Source: Rhodocyclaceae bacterium | GTDB taxonomy: Bacteria > Pseudomonadota > Gammaproteobacteria > Burkholderiales > Ga0077523 | NCBI GenBank assembly: GCA_020248405.1 | Contig: JADCHQ010000015.1 | Location: 14,643 to 78,642 of the forward strand | DNA: 64,000 nucleotides | Direction of reading: 5' to 3' | Shown: positions 11,812 to 21,055 of the stretch, piece after piece | How the letters are laid out: each line of letters opens with the position of its first letter | Numbering within the stretch: the first letter of the stretch is position 1 | Position numbers and translations under genes: made by a program | The notes under the pieces: generated by a model | Told to the model about the DNA's origin: nothing | Database searches by the model: none | Seen by the model: the letters and a program-made list of their open reading frames with translations, nothing else

Positions 11812-12530
11812 TGCGTTTGAACCCCGGGGGGCTGCGCGCGGTGCTCGCCGGGATTGGCTTGCTCATCGCCGCCGCTGCTTCTGGCGCGCCCAAGGTCCCC
11901 CTGCGGGTGGAGATGGACCTGGTGGTGGAGGCCAAGGGCATGACCGTTGGCGAGGGCCGCGACGTCTTCGAGACGGACGGCAAGCGCTACAGCGTGACCA
12001 CCGAGGCCCGCACCACAGGACTTGCACGGCTGCTCAAGAAAGTCGACGAGCGCCGTGACAGCCAGGGGCTGGTGACTGACAAGGGGCTGCAGCCCCTCAA
12101 CTTCCGGCAGAAGCGAACCGGCAAGCCACCCAACGCCGCCGATTTCGACTGGGCGCGTGGAGAGCTCACCATGACCGAGGGCGACGAGGTGGAAAAGGTG
12201 GCTCTCGTGCCCATGACCTTCGACCAGGCTTCGCTGCCCTACGCCTTCGTGTTCTCCGACCCGCCGGCTACCGGGCGCCTGAGCGTTCGCGTCACCGACG
12301 GCCGCAAACTGCAGGAGTACGACCTGGCCTTCGTGGGACGCGAACGCATCGATACCGCGCTGGGGGAACTCGACACGCTGCACTACCGAAAAGTGCAACC
12401 GCCAGGGGACAAGCGCGGCTTTGAGTTCTGGCTTGGCATCGGGCACCACCGCTTGCCCGTTCGCATCCGCATCGTGGAGAAGGACGGCACGGCCTTCGAC
12501 TCCACCGTGACGCGCATCGTCTATCCCTGA
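11808..12530 (+). CDS. DUF3108-like exported protein
   Basis: ATGA overlap with the purN stop and a signal-peptide-like N-terminus. I recall this family being syntenic with purN in betaproteobacteria. The family assignment is from memory. Confidence 0.7.
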   Translation: MMRLNPGGLRAVLAGIGLLIAAAASGAPKVPLRVEMDLVVEAKGMTVGEGRDVFETDGKRYSVTTEARTTGLARLLKKVDERRDSQGLVTDKGLQPLNFRQKRTGKPPNAADFDWARGELTMTEGDEVEKVALVPMTFDQASLPYAFVFSDPPATGRLSVRVTDGRKLQEYDLAFVGRERIDTALGELDTLHYRKVQPPGDKRGFEFWLGIGHHRLPVRIRIVEKDGTAFDSTVTRIVYP

Positions 12531-12533
12531 CCA

Positions 12534-13793
12534 GTGGAAGCCACCCCCGGGCGCATCGACGCCACCGCCGATGCACTGGCCGAATTGCTGACCTTTCAGG
12601 CGCCCGCCGATGCCGTTTTGCGCCAGTGGCTGCGGCGTCATCCGCGACCAGGTCCGCGCGATCGGGCTTTCGTGGCCGACACGGCCTTCGCGGCTTTGCG
12701 ACACCTGCGCAGGCTGGAATCACTCACCGGAGGACGAGACCCGCGGCGCCTCACCCTGGCTGCGCTGGTGCGCGTGGGCGGCGCGGCTGTGCGCGCGCTG
12801 GAGCCTGCGCTGCGCAACGGCGAGGCTGGATGGCTGGCCGTCCTGAAGGGGACCCCCGAACCCACCTCGCCGGCGGAGCGGCTTTCGCTTCCTGATTGGC
12901 TGTACGAGCGCTTCGTGGGCGCCTACGGCGCCGATGGGGCGGAAACCCTTGCCACGGCGCTGCTGCGGGCTGCGCCCATGGACCTGCGGGTCAACGTCCT
13001 CAAGGCGAGCCGCGAAGAGGTTCTGGCCACTCTGCATACCGAAGGCATCGAGGCAGAGCCCACCGCCCTTGCGCTGGCGGGCATCCGCCTGCGCCATAAA
13101 CCGTTCATCGAGCGCCACCCTGTGTTCACCGGCGGGCTGGTGGAAGTGCAGGACGAGGGGAGCCAGCTGGTGGCCCAACTGGTGGACGCACGCCGCGGCC
13201 AGATGGTGGTGGACTTTTGCGCCGGAGCCGGCGGCAAGACCCTGGCGCTGGGAGCGCTCATGCGCTCGCAGGGGCGGCTGTATGCCTTCGACACCTCCGA
13301 GCGCAGGCTTGCCAACCTCACCCCGCGGCTACGCCGCTCGGGGCTGTCGAACGTGCATCCGCAGCGCATTGATTCGGAGACCGACGCGCGGGTCGGTCGG
13401 CTGCGAGGCAAGATCGACAGGGTGCTGGTGGATGTTCCGTGCAGCGGAACAGGCACTTTGCGGCGCAACCCCGATCTCAAGTGGCGCATGTCGCCGGCGG
13501 CGCTTGCAGAACTGGGCGCCAAGCAGCGTGCCATCCTGGCGTCTGCAGCTCGCCTGCTGAAGCCTGGCGGACGGCTGGTCTACGCCACCTGCAGCCTGTT
13601 GCCGGAAGAAAACGAAGCGGTGGTAGATGATTTCCTCGCCGCCTCGCCCGGGTGGCGGCGGCTCGATGCGCCGCAGGCGCTGCGCACCGCAGGCCTTGCC
13701 GTTGCGGACAGCGGGGAACAGGACCTGCGGCTCGATCCAGCCCGGCACGGCACCGACGGCTTCTACGCGGCATTGCTGGAGCGCAGCCCGTGA
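12534..13793 (+). CDS. RsmB/NOP-family SAM-dependent RNA (cytosine-C5) methyltransferase
   Basis: SAM motif VDFCAGAGGKT and catalytic-Cys motifs DRVLVDVPCSGTGTLRRNPD and YATCS. Confidence 0.85.
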   Translation: MEATPGRIDATADALAELLTFQAPADAVLRQWLRRHPRPGPRDRAFVADTAFAALRHLRRLESLTGGRDPRRLTLAALVRVGGAAVRALEPALRNGEAGWLAVLKGTPEPTSPAERLSLPDWLYERFVGAYGADGAETLATALLRAAPMDLRVNVLKASREEVLATLHTEGIEAEPTALALAGIRLRHKPFIERHPVFTGGLVEVQDEGSQLVAQLVDARRGQMVVDFCAGAGGKTLALGALMRSQGRLYAFDTSERRLANLTPRLRRSGLSNVHPQRIDSETDARVGRLRGKIDRVLVDVPCSGTGTLRRNPDLKWRMSPAALAELGAKQRAILASAARLLKPGGRLVYATCSLLPEENEAVVDDFLAASPGWRRLDAPQALRTAGLAVADSGEQDLRLDPARHGTDGFYAALLERSP

Positions 13794-13822
13794 ATCAGCG
13801 CGCCCGCTCGTAGGACCACGCC

Positions 13823-15133
13823 ATGGACAAGACCGCCGACCGCATCAATCTGCTCGCGGAGCTGCTACGCGACCTCGAGACCACAGCCATTTCATGGCAA
13901 GTCGGTCTGATTGCCCTGTGCCTTGCTCTGGCCTGGGGTGCGGGCCGGATTCTGCGGCCACGTCTCGAGCGCACGCTGGCGGCCGCCAGAACGGAAGGGG
14001 GTCAGGAGGCGCTGTATGTGGGCGCTGCCGGGTTGCTGCGAGTCCTGGTGCCGCTGGTGGCGTGGTTGCTGCTCGTGGTGACCCGGGCGGCACTGCAGGC
14101 GCACCAGCCCGTAAACCTGTTCAACGTTGCCATACCGTTGTCCTCGTCGCTGGTGATCATTCGCGTGGTCGTTTACACGCTGCGGCATGCCCTGCCGCCG
14201 AGCGGCTGGCTTCGCCAGTCCGAGCGAGCAATCACGTGGGCCATGTGGATTGGCGTCGCCCTGCATCTGACGGGCCTGCTGCCGGGGATCCGGGAGTTCC
14301 TCGACGGGCTCGCCTTCAATGCGGGAAAGCACCGGGTCTCGCTGCTCAACCTGATCGAGGGCAGCGCTTCGGTGGCGATCACGGTCCTGGGCGCGCTGTG
14401 GATTGGCAGGGTGGCGGAATCCCGGCTCATGGGGCTGCAGCAACTGGACACGAGCCTGCGGGTGGTGTTCGCAAAACTGGTCCGGACGGTGCTGCTGGTG
14501 TTCGCCGTGCTGATTGCCCTGCCGCTGGTGGGTATCGATGTGACCGTGCTGTCCGTCTTCGGCGGAGCGCTAGGCGTGGGGTTGGGTTTCGGGCTGCAGA
14601 AGATTGCGGCCAACTACGTGAGCGGTTTCGCGATCCTGCTGGATCGATCCATAAAGCTGGGCGACCTGGTGACCGTGGATGGCCGCTACGGCACAGTGGC
14701 CCGCCTGACGGCCCGCTACGTGGTGGTGCGGGAGTTCGACGGCACCGAGGCGATCATCCCCAACGAGTCGGTGATCACCTCCACGGTGCTCAACCACTCG
14801 TACTCGGACCGCAGCATACGCGTCGATCTTACGGTACAGGTCGCCTACGGCACCAACCTGCGCCAAGCCCTGGACACGCTGCTGGAAGTGGCGCGCGGCC
14901 ACCCCAGGGTGCAAGCTGAACCGCCACCGGCGGCGCTGGTGCGCAACTTTGGCGAGAACGGCGTCGATCTGGACCTGCTCGTGTGGATCGCGGATCCCGA
15001 GGCGGGACGTGGCAACCTGAGATCCGAGCTCAATCTGGGCATCGACGAGGCGTTCCGCGCCCGGGGATTCGAGATCCCCTTTCCGCAAAGAGACCTGCAC
15101 ATCGTCACCGGCAGCCGGGACAAACCCCGCTAG
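13823..15133 (+). CDS. Mechanosensitive ion channel family protein (MscS-like)
   Basis: Multiple N-terminal transmembrane helices followed by an MscS core (ANYVSGFAILLDRSIKLGDLVTVDGRYGTVARLTARYVVVRE). Confidence 0.85.
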   Translation: MDKTADRINLLAELLRDLETTAISWQVGLIALCLALAWGAGRILRPRLERTLAAARTEGGQEALYVGAAGLLRVLVPLVAWLLLVVTRAALQAHQPVNLFNVAIPLSSSLVIIRVVVYTLRHALPPSGWLRQSERAITWAMWIGVALHLTGLLPGIREFLDGLAFNAGKHRVSLLNLIEGSASVAITVLGALWIGRVAESRLMGLQQLDTSLRVVFAKLVRTVLLVFAVLIALPLVGIDVTVLSVFGGALGVGLGFGLQKIAANYVSGFAILLDRSIKLGDLVTVDGRYGTVARLTARYVVVREFDGTEAIIPNESVITSTVLNHSYSDRSIRVDLTVQVAYGTNLRQALDTLLEVARGHPRVQAEPPPAALVRNFGENGVDLDLLVWIADPEAGRGNLRSELNLGIDEAFRARGFEIPFPQRDLHIVTGSRDKPR

Positions 15134-15222
15134 GCAAACCCCGCTCCCGCATGATGGACCGCCTCGCCCTGGCAGTCCCCAGGCATTGCATTGCCCAACC
15201 CAGCCCCCATTTTCCGCTGAGC

Positions 15223-15228
15223 TAGAAT
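15223..15228 (+). promoter_or_regulatory. Candidate -10 element (TAGAAT) for the desaturase gene
   Basis: TAGAAT lies 30 nt upstream of ATG 15259 in an otherwise GC-rich spacer. Confidence 0.4.
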
Positions 15229-15258
15229 ACGGCTGCACCGATTTTCCATGGAGTGCTC

Positions 15259-16428
15259 ATGTCTCTATCGTTTCTGAATGGCGTCTTCGATTTGCCCTGG
15301 TGGGGTTATGTCCTCGTTACCTTGGGCTTGACGCACATCACCATCGCCTCGGTAACGATTTTCCTGCACCGCCACCAGGCGCACCGCGCGCTGGAGCTTC
15401 ATCCTATCCCGAGCCACTTCTTCCGCTTCTGGCTCTGGCTGACCACCGGCATGGTCACCAAGCAGTGGGCCGCCATTCACCGCAAGCACCACGCCAAGTG
15501 CGAAACCGCGGACGATCCCCACAGCCCTCAGGTGCTGGGCATAAAGAAGGTCTTCTGGGAGGGCGCCGAACTCTATCGGCGGGAATCCTCCAATGCCGAG
15601 ACGATGGAGCGCTATGGCCATGGTACTCCCGACGACTGGATCGAGCGCAACGTGTATTCCCGCGATCGGTTGGGCGTCTCGATCATGTTGATCACGAACC
15701 TGGTGCTGTTCGGACCCGTTGGCCTCGCCATCTGGGCTGTGCAAATGATCTGGATTCCACTGTTCGCCGCGGGTGTCATCAATGGCGTAGGACATTATTG
15801 GGGCTATCGCAACTTCGCCGCCGAGGACGCGAGCCGCAACATCGTGCCCTGGGGCATCCTGATTGGCGGCGAAGAACTGCACAACAACCACCACGCCTAT
15901 GCCTCGTCGGCTCGGCTGTCGAACAAGTGGTTCGAATTCGACATTGGCTGGGCCTATATCCGGATGCTCGAGATTGTTGGGCTCGCCAAGGTGAAGAAGC
16001 TGGCTCCCAAGGTGCAGCTCGACCTCTCCAAGGCCAAGGTGGACCTGGGGACGCTCCAAGCCATCGTGACCAACCGTTACGAGGTAGTGACGCGATTTAC
16101 GCGGGCCATGCGCGCCACCTGGTCAGGAGAAATGGACCGCATCAAGACCAGCCCGGGGCTCGACAAGGCAACGGTACGCCGTTGGCTGAACCTGGAGGCT
16201 CGAGCCCTTGGCGATCAGGACCGCGCCCGCCTGAACGAGGCGCTCTCCAAGAGCAAGGTCATGGCTACTGTTTATTCCATGCGCCAGGATTTGTCGGGGC
16301 TGTGGCAACGCTCCGCTGCATCCAAGGAACAACTGGTCAAGCAACTTGAAGATTGGTGCCGTCGAGCCGACGCGTCGGGTATTCGTCCTCTCCAGGAGTT
16401 TTCCCGTCAGCTCAGGGCTTACGCCTGA
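15259..16428 (+). CDS. Acyl-CoA (delta-9-type) fatty acid desaturase
   Basis: Three His boxes: HRHQAH, HRKHHAKCE and HNNHHAYASSAR. ATG 15259 has GGAG 5 nt upstream. The track's GTG at 15253 is an alternative. Confidence 0.9.
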   Translation: MSLSFLNGVFDLPWWGYVLVTLGLTHITIASVTIFLHRHQAHRALELHPIPSHFFRFWLWLTTGMVTKQWAAIHRKHHAKCETADDPHSPQVLGIKKVFWEGAELYRRESSNAETMERYGHGTPDDWIERNVYSRDRLGVSIMLITNLVLFGPVGLAIWAVQMIWIPLFAAGVINGVGHYWGYRNFAAEDASRNIVPWGILIGGEELHNNHHAYASSARLSNKWFEFDIGWAYIRMLEIVGLAKVKKLAPKVQLDLSKAKVDLGTLQAIVTNRYEVVTRFTRAMRATWSGEMDRIKTSPGLDKATVRRWLNLEARALGDQDRARLNEALSKSKVMATVYSMRQDLSGLWQRSAASKEQLVKQLEDWCRRADASGIRPLQEFSRQLRAYA

Positions 16429-16450
16429 AACGTTGTCAGGCGCGACCGTC

Positions 16451-16486
16451 AAAAAAAACCCGCTGCCGAGGCAGCGGGTTTTTTGT
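16451..16486. terminator. Bidirectional rho-independent terminator (serves the desaturase gene and rpmG)
   Basis: AAAAAAAACCCGCTGCC-gag-GCAGCGGGTTTTTTG. A perfect GC-rich stem is flanked by an A-run and a T-run, between convergent genes. Confidence 0.85.
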
Positions 16487-16519
16487 CTGTAAAGCCTTGA
16501 TGCGCTGAAGCGCACGCCC

Positions 16520-16675
16520 TCACTTCAACTTGGTTTCCTTGTACAGCACGTGCTTGCGAGCCTTGGGATCGAACTTCTTGATCTCCATTTTTTCGGGCAT
16601 GGTTTTCTTGTTCTTCGTGGTGGTGTAGAAGTGGCCGGTTCCGGCGGTGGATTCGAGCTTTATCTTGTCGCGCAT
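16520..16675 (-). CDS. rpmG: 50S ribosomal protein L33
   Basis: [51 protein letters not shown], with GAGGAG 6 nt upstream of ATG 16675. Confidence 0.95.
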   Translation of the reverse strand: MRDKIKLESTAGTGHFYTTTKNKKTMPEKMEIKKFDPKARKHVLYKETKLK

Positions 16676-16685
16676 CGCCAGCTCC

Positions 16686-16922
16686 TCAAATCCGCTCGCC
16701 GGCAGCACGAAGCTCGGCCAGAACGGTATCGATACCTTTCTTGTCGATAGTCCTCAGTGCAGCGTTCGTAATCCGAAGGCTTATCCAGCGGTTCTCGCTT
16801 TCCACCCAGAACCTCCGATACTGCAGGTTGGGCAGGAAGCGCCGTTTCGTCTTGTTGTTTGCGTGGGAGACATGGTTTCCCACCATCGGCTTCTTGCCGG
16901 TGATCTTGCACGCGCGAGCCAT
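16686..16922 (-). CDS. rpmB: 50S ribosomal protein L28
   Basis: [34 protein letters not shown] is canonical L28. Confidence 0.95.
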   Translation of the reverse strand: MARACKITGKKPMVGNHVSHANNKTKRRFLPNLQYRRFWVESENRWISLRITNAALRTIDKKGIDTVLAELRAAGERI

Positions 16923-16959
16923 TTTCGGGTTACTCCGGGAGCTGTCTAAAAAGCCGCGC

Positions 16960-16989
16960 TTTATACCACGGCGTGCGGTGACGGCTCAA
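16960..16989 (-). promoter_or_regulatory. Candidate sigma70 promoter of rpmB-rpmG
   Basis: Minus strand reads TTGAGC, an 18-nt spacer, then TGgTATAAA (extended -10). It sits about 40 nt upstream of the rpmB ATG. Confidence 0.5.
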
Positions 16990-17005
16990 GCCCTCTGGAC
17001 CCACG

Positions 17006-17680
17006 TTACAGCAAACCCCGCTCGGCGAAGGACATCACTTCCCCGCGCCCCACGATGAAATGATCCAGTACCCGCACATCCACCAAGTCCAGGGCCTTGC
17101 GCAGTGCGTGGGTCAATAGCTCGTCCGATTGGCTTGGCTCGGAGACACCTGAGGGGTGGTTGTGGCAAAAGATCACGGCAGCGGCGTTGTGAATCAAGGC
17201 GCGCCGCACTATCTCCCTGGGATAAACGCTCGTCTGGGTCAGGGTGCCAGCGAACAGTTCCTCGCAGGCCAAGACCCGGTTCTGGGCGTCCAGAAACAGG
17301 GCAACAAACACCTCGCGGTCGCGGTGCTGCAAACGTAATCTCAGGTAAGCCTTGACGGCTGCGGGCGATCCCAGGGCATCGGCGCACGCAATCTGCTCCC
17401 CGAGGCCTCGCCGCACCAGCTCCGTGACCGCGGCGAGCTGGGCAGCCTTGGCAGGCCCCAAGCCTGGCAGGTCTGCCAAGCGGGCAGGATTGGCGTGCAG
17501 GAGTTCGGTAAGGCTGCCGAAAGCCGCGCGAAGGTCTCGAGCCAAATCCAGAGCGCTGCGTCCACGAACGCCCGTGCGCAGAAAAAGGGCCAGCAGTTCG
17601 GCTTCGCTGAGGGCGCTTGGCCCAGCCGAAAACAACCGCTCCCGTGGTCTTTCGGCCGTGGGCCAGTGCTTAATGGACAT
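17006..17680 (-). CDS. radC: RadC/YicR-family JAB-domain protein
   Basis: The N-terminus [16 protein letters not shown] and the JAMM motif HNHPSG. Start re-picked at ATG 17680. Confidence 0.9.
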   Translation of the reverse strand: MSIKHWPTAERPRERLFSAGPSALSEAELLALFLRTGVRGRSALDLARDLRAAFGSLTELLHANPARLADLPGLGPAKAAQLAAVTELVRRGLGEQIACADALGSPAAVKAYLRLRLQHRDREVFVALFLDAQNRVLACEELFAGTLTQTSVYPREIVRRALIHNAAAVIFCHNHPSGVSEPSQSDELLTHALRKALDLVDVRVLDHFIVGRGEVMSFAERGLL

Positions 17681-17765
17681 GATGCGCTCCGGGGAAGTTT
17701 GCCCGCGAGGGCTAGGAGACCTAGGGTAGACTCTCCTTCTTCTATCCCGCCTGTCATCCTTCGCC

Positions 17766-18980
17766 ATGTCATCTGGCGCTACTCGCCGCATCATTTTGGG
17801 AATCACCGGCGGCATTGCTGCCTACAAGGCGGCCGACCTGACGCGGCAACTGTTGGATTGCGATCTCGGCGTTCAGGTGGTCATGACCGAGGCGGCTTGC
17901 CGCTTCATCACACCGGTCACGTTTCAGGCCCTTTCCGGAAGACCTGTTTTCACGGATCTTTGGAGCCCGGCGGTTGATAACGGCATGGCCCATATCGAGT
18001 TGTCGCGCGGCGCCGATCTCTTGCTTGTGGCGCCAGCAAGCGCCGACTTCCTCGCAAAGCTTGCTCAAGGCGTTGCGGACGATCTGCTCTCCACGCTTTG
18101 CCTGGCGCGCGACTGTCCATTGCTGGTGGCGCCAGCGATGAACCGCCAGATGTGGGAAAACCCGGCAACCCAGCGCAACGTCACGCTTCTGCGGCAGGAC
18201 GGCGTTGGCATCCTTGGACCCGATAGCGGGTCACAGGCCTGCGGTGAAAACGGCATGGGCCGCATGATGGAGCCTGCGGCGCTCTCGGATGCAGTGGCAG
18301 GCTGGTTCGAACCGAAAGTGCTTGTTGGTCGCCACGTAGTAATCACGGCAGGGCCAACCTTCGAGCGTATCGACGCGGTACGCGGCATCACCAACCTCAG
18401 CTCCGGCAGGATGGGTTATGCCGTGGCCCGCGCAGCCCGTAACGCCGGCGCGAAGGTCACGCTGATAGCGGGCCCCACCGCCCTGCCGGACCCGGGACAG
18501 GTCGTGGTTCATCATGTCACCAGCGCGGAGCAGATGCTCACGGCGGTGGAAGGCATGTTGCCTGGCTGCGACATCTTCATCGCGGTGGCGGCGGTCGCCG
18601 ACTACACACCGCTCGCGCCACAAGCCGCAAAGATCAAGAAGGATGCTCGCATTCTCGCGATCGAGTTGGCGCCAACGGCAGACATCCTGGCCAACGTGGC
18701 GAGCCGCGCCAATCCGCCCTTCTGCGTTGGCTTCGCCGCAGAGAGCGAGAAGCTGGATGAGTATGCCGAAGCGAAGCGGCGGCGCAAGCACTTACCTCTC
18801 CTGGCGGCGAACCTTGCCCACGAAGCCATCGGCGCGCAACGCAGCCGGCTGGTTTTGTTCGACGATGCGGGCCGGCACGATCTCGGAATAGCCGACAAGG
18901 ACAACCACGCCCGGACGCTCATTCACCACCTTGCACGTCTGTATAACGCCGCTGGCGCCACACCCGCGGGCAGCCAATGA
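17766..18980 (+). CDS. coaBC: Bifunctional phosphopantothenoylcysteine decarboxylase / phosphopantothenate--cysteine ligase
   Basis: N-terminal flavoprotein domain ([13 protein letters not shown]) and a C-terminal CoaB domain. Classical radC/coaBC-dut synteny. Confidence 0.95.
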   Translation: MSSGATRRIILGITGGIAAYKAADLTRQLLDCDLGVQVVMTEAACRFITPVTFQALSGRPVFTDLWSPAVDNGMAHIELSRGADLLLVAPASADFLAKLAQGVADDLLSTLCLARDCPLLVAPAMNRQMWENPATQRNVTLLRQDGVGILGPDSGSQACGENGMGRMMEPAALSDAVAGWFEPKVLVGRHVVITAGPTFERIDAVRGITNLSSGRMGYAVARAARNAGAKVTLIAGPTALPDPGQVVVHHVTSAEQMLTAVEGMLPGCDIFIAVAAVADYTPLAPQAAKIKKDARILAIELAPTADILANVASRANPPFCVGFAAESEKLDEYAEAKRRRKHLPLLAANLAHEAIGAQRSRLVLFDDAGRHDLGIADKDNHARTLIHHLARLYNAAGATPAGSQ

Positions 18981-19435
18981 GCGCGCCTGTGGAGATCCGT
19001 GTGCGCATCCTCGACGAGCGCATCCGCGAGCAGTTGCCTGCTTACGCCACTGGCGGATCGGCTGGGCTCGACCTGCGAGCGTGCATGGACGCGCCGCTGC
19101 ACTTGGCGCCGGGCGCGAACGCCCTGGTATCCACCGGGATCTCGGTACACATCGGTGACCCTAGGCTGGCGGCCCTCTTGTTGCCACGTAGTGGACTGGG
19201 TCATAAGCACGGCATCGTGCTCGGCAATCTCGTGGGCCTCATCGATTCTGATTACCAGGGCCCGCTCATGGTTTCCGTCTGGAACCGCAGCACCCAGCCA
19301 TTCATGATCGCGCCCTTCGACCGCATTGCCCAGATGGTGATCGTGCCGGTGCTTCAGGCGACTTTGCGGGTGGTGGAGAGCTTCGAAGACTCAAGCCGGG
19401 GAGAAGGCGGCTTCGGCAGTACAGGGCGCGGCTGA
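18977..19435 (+). CDS. dut: dUTP diphosphatase
   Basis: The motifs [34 protein letters not shown] and GFGSTG. ATGA overlap with coaBC. Confidence 0.95.
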   Translation: MSAPVEIRVRILDERIREQLPAYATGGSAGLDLRACMDAPLHLAPGANALVSTGISVHIGDPRLAALLLPRSGLGHKHGIVLGNLVGLIDSDYQGPLMVSVWNRSTQPFMIAPFDRIAQMVIVPVLQATLRVVESFEDSSRGEGGFGSTGRG

Positions 19436-19462
19436 AGGCAGCCTGGCGGCTTTACATACATC

Positions 19463-19498
19463 GAATAAAACAGGGCCCCACGGCTAAGCCGCAGAGCC
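19463..19498 (-). terminator. Probable rho-independent terminator after xoxG
   Basis: Minus strand reads GGGCT-CTGCGGC-tta-GCCGTGG-G-GCCC followed by TGTTTTATT. It sits between the convergent dut and the cytochrome gene. Confidence 0.55.
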
Positions 19499-19526
19499 CT
19501 TCGGTACAACGAGCGATGAAGACGCG

Positions 19527-19955
19527 TTACTGCGCCTTGGCCGCCTTGAGATCGTCCTGAATCTTGAGCTCTTGCAGGCTGCGGATATAGGCGATGATGT
19601 TGAGAATCTCCTCCTGGGAGAGGGACGTGGCGAAGGCGCCCATCTTGGTTTGCGGGCGACCGGCAGCGATGGTGGCGTAGATCTGGGACGACCGGCTGCC
19701 CCACTTGTACTTCTGACAGGCCAGGCATACACCGCTACTGCCGCCGCGCCCCAGCGGGGTGTGGCAATAGGAGCAACGGGCCGAGTATCGATCCTTGCCC
19801 GTGGCCAGCACTTCCTCGCCCTCCGGGATAGGCATGTCGTTTTCCATGCCGTGGCGATCAACGCCGTCGGCACCAGCATCTGCAGCCACGGCTGGCATGC
19901 CCCAAAGGGCAAACGCCGTCGCGATCACGGCGAACCAGGTACGGACACTCTTCAT
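19527..19955 (-). CDS. xoxG: Periplasmic mono-haem c-type cytochrome (XoxG-like electron acceptor)
   Basis: Signal peptide, a single CSYCH haem motif, and last position in the dehydrogenase/binding-protein/cytochrome cassette. Confidence 0.7.
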   Translation of the reverse strand: MKSVRTWFAVIATAFALWGMPAVAADAGADGVDRHGMENDMPIPEGEEVLATGKDRYSARCSYCHTPLGRGGSSGVCLACQKYKWGSRSSQIYATIAAGRPQTKMGAFATSLSQEEILNIIAYIRSLQELKIQDDLKAAKAQ

Positions 19956-19981
19956 GATTCCTTCACCTCCCTTGGTTTATT

Positions 19982-20836
19982 TTAGGAATTGAACGGCGGA
20001 TAAAAGGGCACGCCATAGCGCTCGACGATCGCCTTCACTGTCCCGTTGGACAACAACTCGTCGATGCCCTCATTGAGAAACCGCAGCAGGGGTTTTTCTT
20101 CTTTTCGAACCACCCAGCCGGCGTTATAGCGCAAACCCTCTAGGGGTTGATATCCATTAACCATGCGGAACGAGGCTTTGGGGTAGTCCACCGCTACCAT
20201 GCCGAGTTGGGTTGAGAACACCATGGCCGCGTCGATGTCGCCCTTGGACAGAGCGTCCATCATGCGCTTGCTGCCAAGGTAGAGTTCACGCGGGATCTTA
20301 TTGGTGAACAAGTAGTCGTCCATGGGCGTGGACATGGACACCCCCACGCGCAGATCGCCTTCCTTGAACTGGTCGAGGCCAGTTCGACCCGCGGCTTTAC
20401 CCTGCGTAACCAACACATAACCCGTGCCAAGGTAGGGCTTGGTGAACACAAGCCTGTTCATCAGCATGTCGTCGTCGCCGTTATCCGACAGGCCGAGAAA
20501 GATGTCGCATTTCCGCGCCAGGATGGACTGGCGGAACGCCCGCGAGGTGCCACCCCGGGAGGCAGTGTTGACCCACACCATGGACAGGCGCATCCCGCCG
20601 CGCTTTGCGATGGCACGCATCAATTCCACGTCGAACCCCGGGGGGTCGCCGCTTTCCTGGGCGTGGGGGAACTCAAAGGGATCGGCGCAAGCGGTGAGCA
20701 GACCACGCTGCTTGGCGCGTCCGAGGGCATCGGTGGGGTCGGGGCTGGAATCAGCTCCGTCGTCGGCAGCCCGCACGGTGGGCAGCGCGAGCAATAAAGC
20801 CACCAACACGAACACGAATCTGAGTCGGATGATCAA
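19982..20836 (-). CDS. xoxJ: MoxJ/XoxJ-like periplasmic binding protein (SBP family 3) associated with quinoprotein dehydrogenases
   Basis: Signal peptide followed by an SBP_bac_3-like body. The TTG start at 20836 is preceded by GGAGGAAG. It lies between the PQQ dehydrogenase and the cytochrome c. Confidence 0.7.
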   Translation of the reverse strand: MIIRLRFVFVLVALLLALPTVRAADDGADSSPDPTDALGRAKQRGLLTACADPFEFPHAQESGDPPGFDVELMRAIAKRGGMRLSMVWVNTASRGGTSRAFRQSILARKCDIFLGLSDNGDDDMLMNRLVFTKPYLGTGYVLVTQGKAAGRTGLDQFKEGDLRVGVSMSTPMDDYLFTNKIPRELYLGSKRMMDALSKGDIDAAMVFSTQLGMVAVDYPKASFRMVNGYQPLEGLRYNAGWVVRKEEKPLLRFLNEGIDELLSNGTVKAIVERYGVPFYPPFNS

Positions 20837-20969
20837 GGTGCTTCCTCCGGATACGGCCGCGTGGGATTACCCGCGCCTCCGCCGCCCCTTTGGGGCGCTG
20901 AAATCATGAGTCCACAACGCGCTCCGCACGGCGCCGGAGTACATGGACCGGCGGCGGCCGGGGCACTCG

Positions 20970-21007
20970 AAAAAACAGGGGAGGGCCAAAAGTTGCCGGC
21001 CCTCCCC
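20970..21007 (-). terminator. Rho-independent terminator directly downstream of xoxF, upstream of xoxJ
   Basis: Minus strand reads GGGGAGGGCC, a 10-nt loop, GGCCCTCCCC, then TGTTTTTTCG. The 10-bp stem is perfect and is followed by a T6 run. Confidence 0.75.
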
Positions 21008-21055
21008 GATGCTGCCATCTGCTGTAAGACTAGCGGGATATCATCCCGGCGGACA

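Noticed and set aside
18304-18313. The T-loop-like string GGTTCGAACC, which could hint at a tRNA
   Set aside because: It lies inside the well-supported coaBC reading frame, and I could not fold any acceptor or anticodon arm around it.
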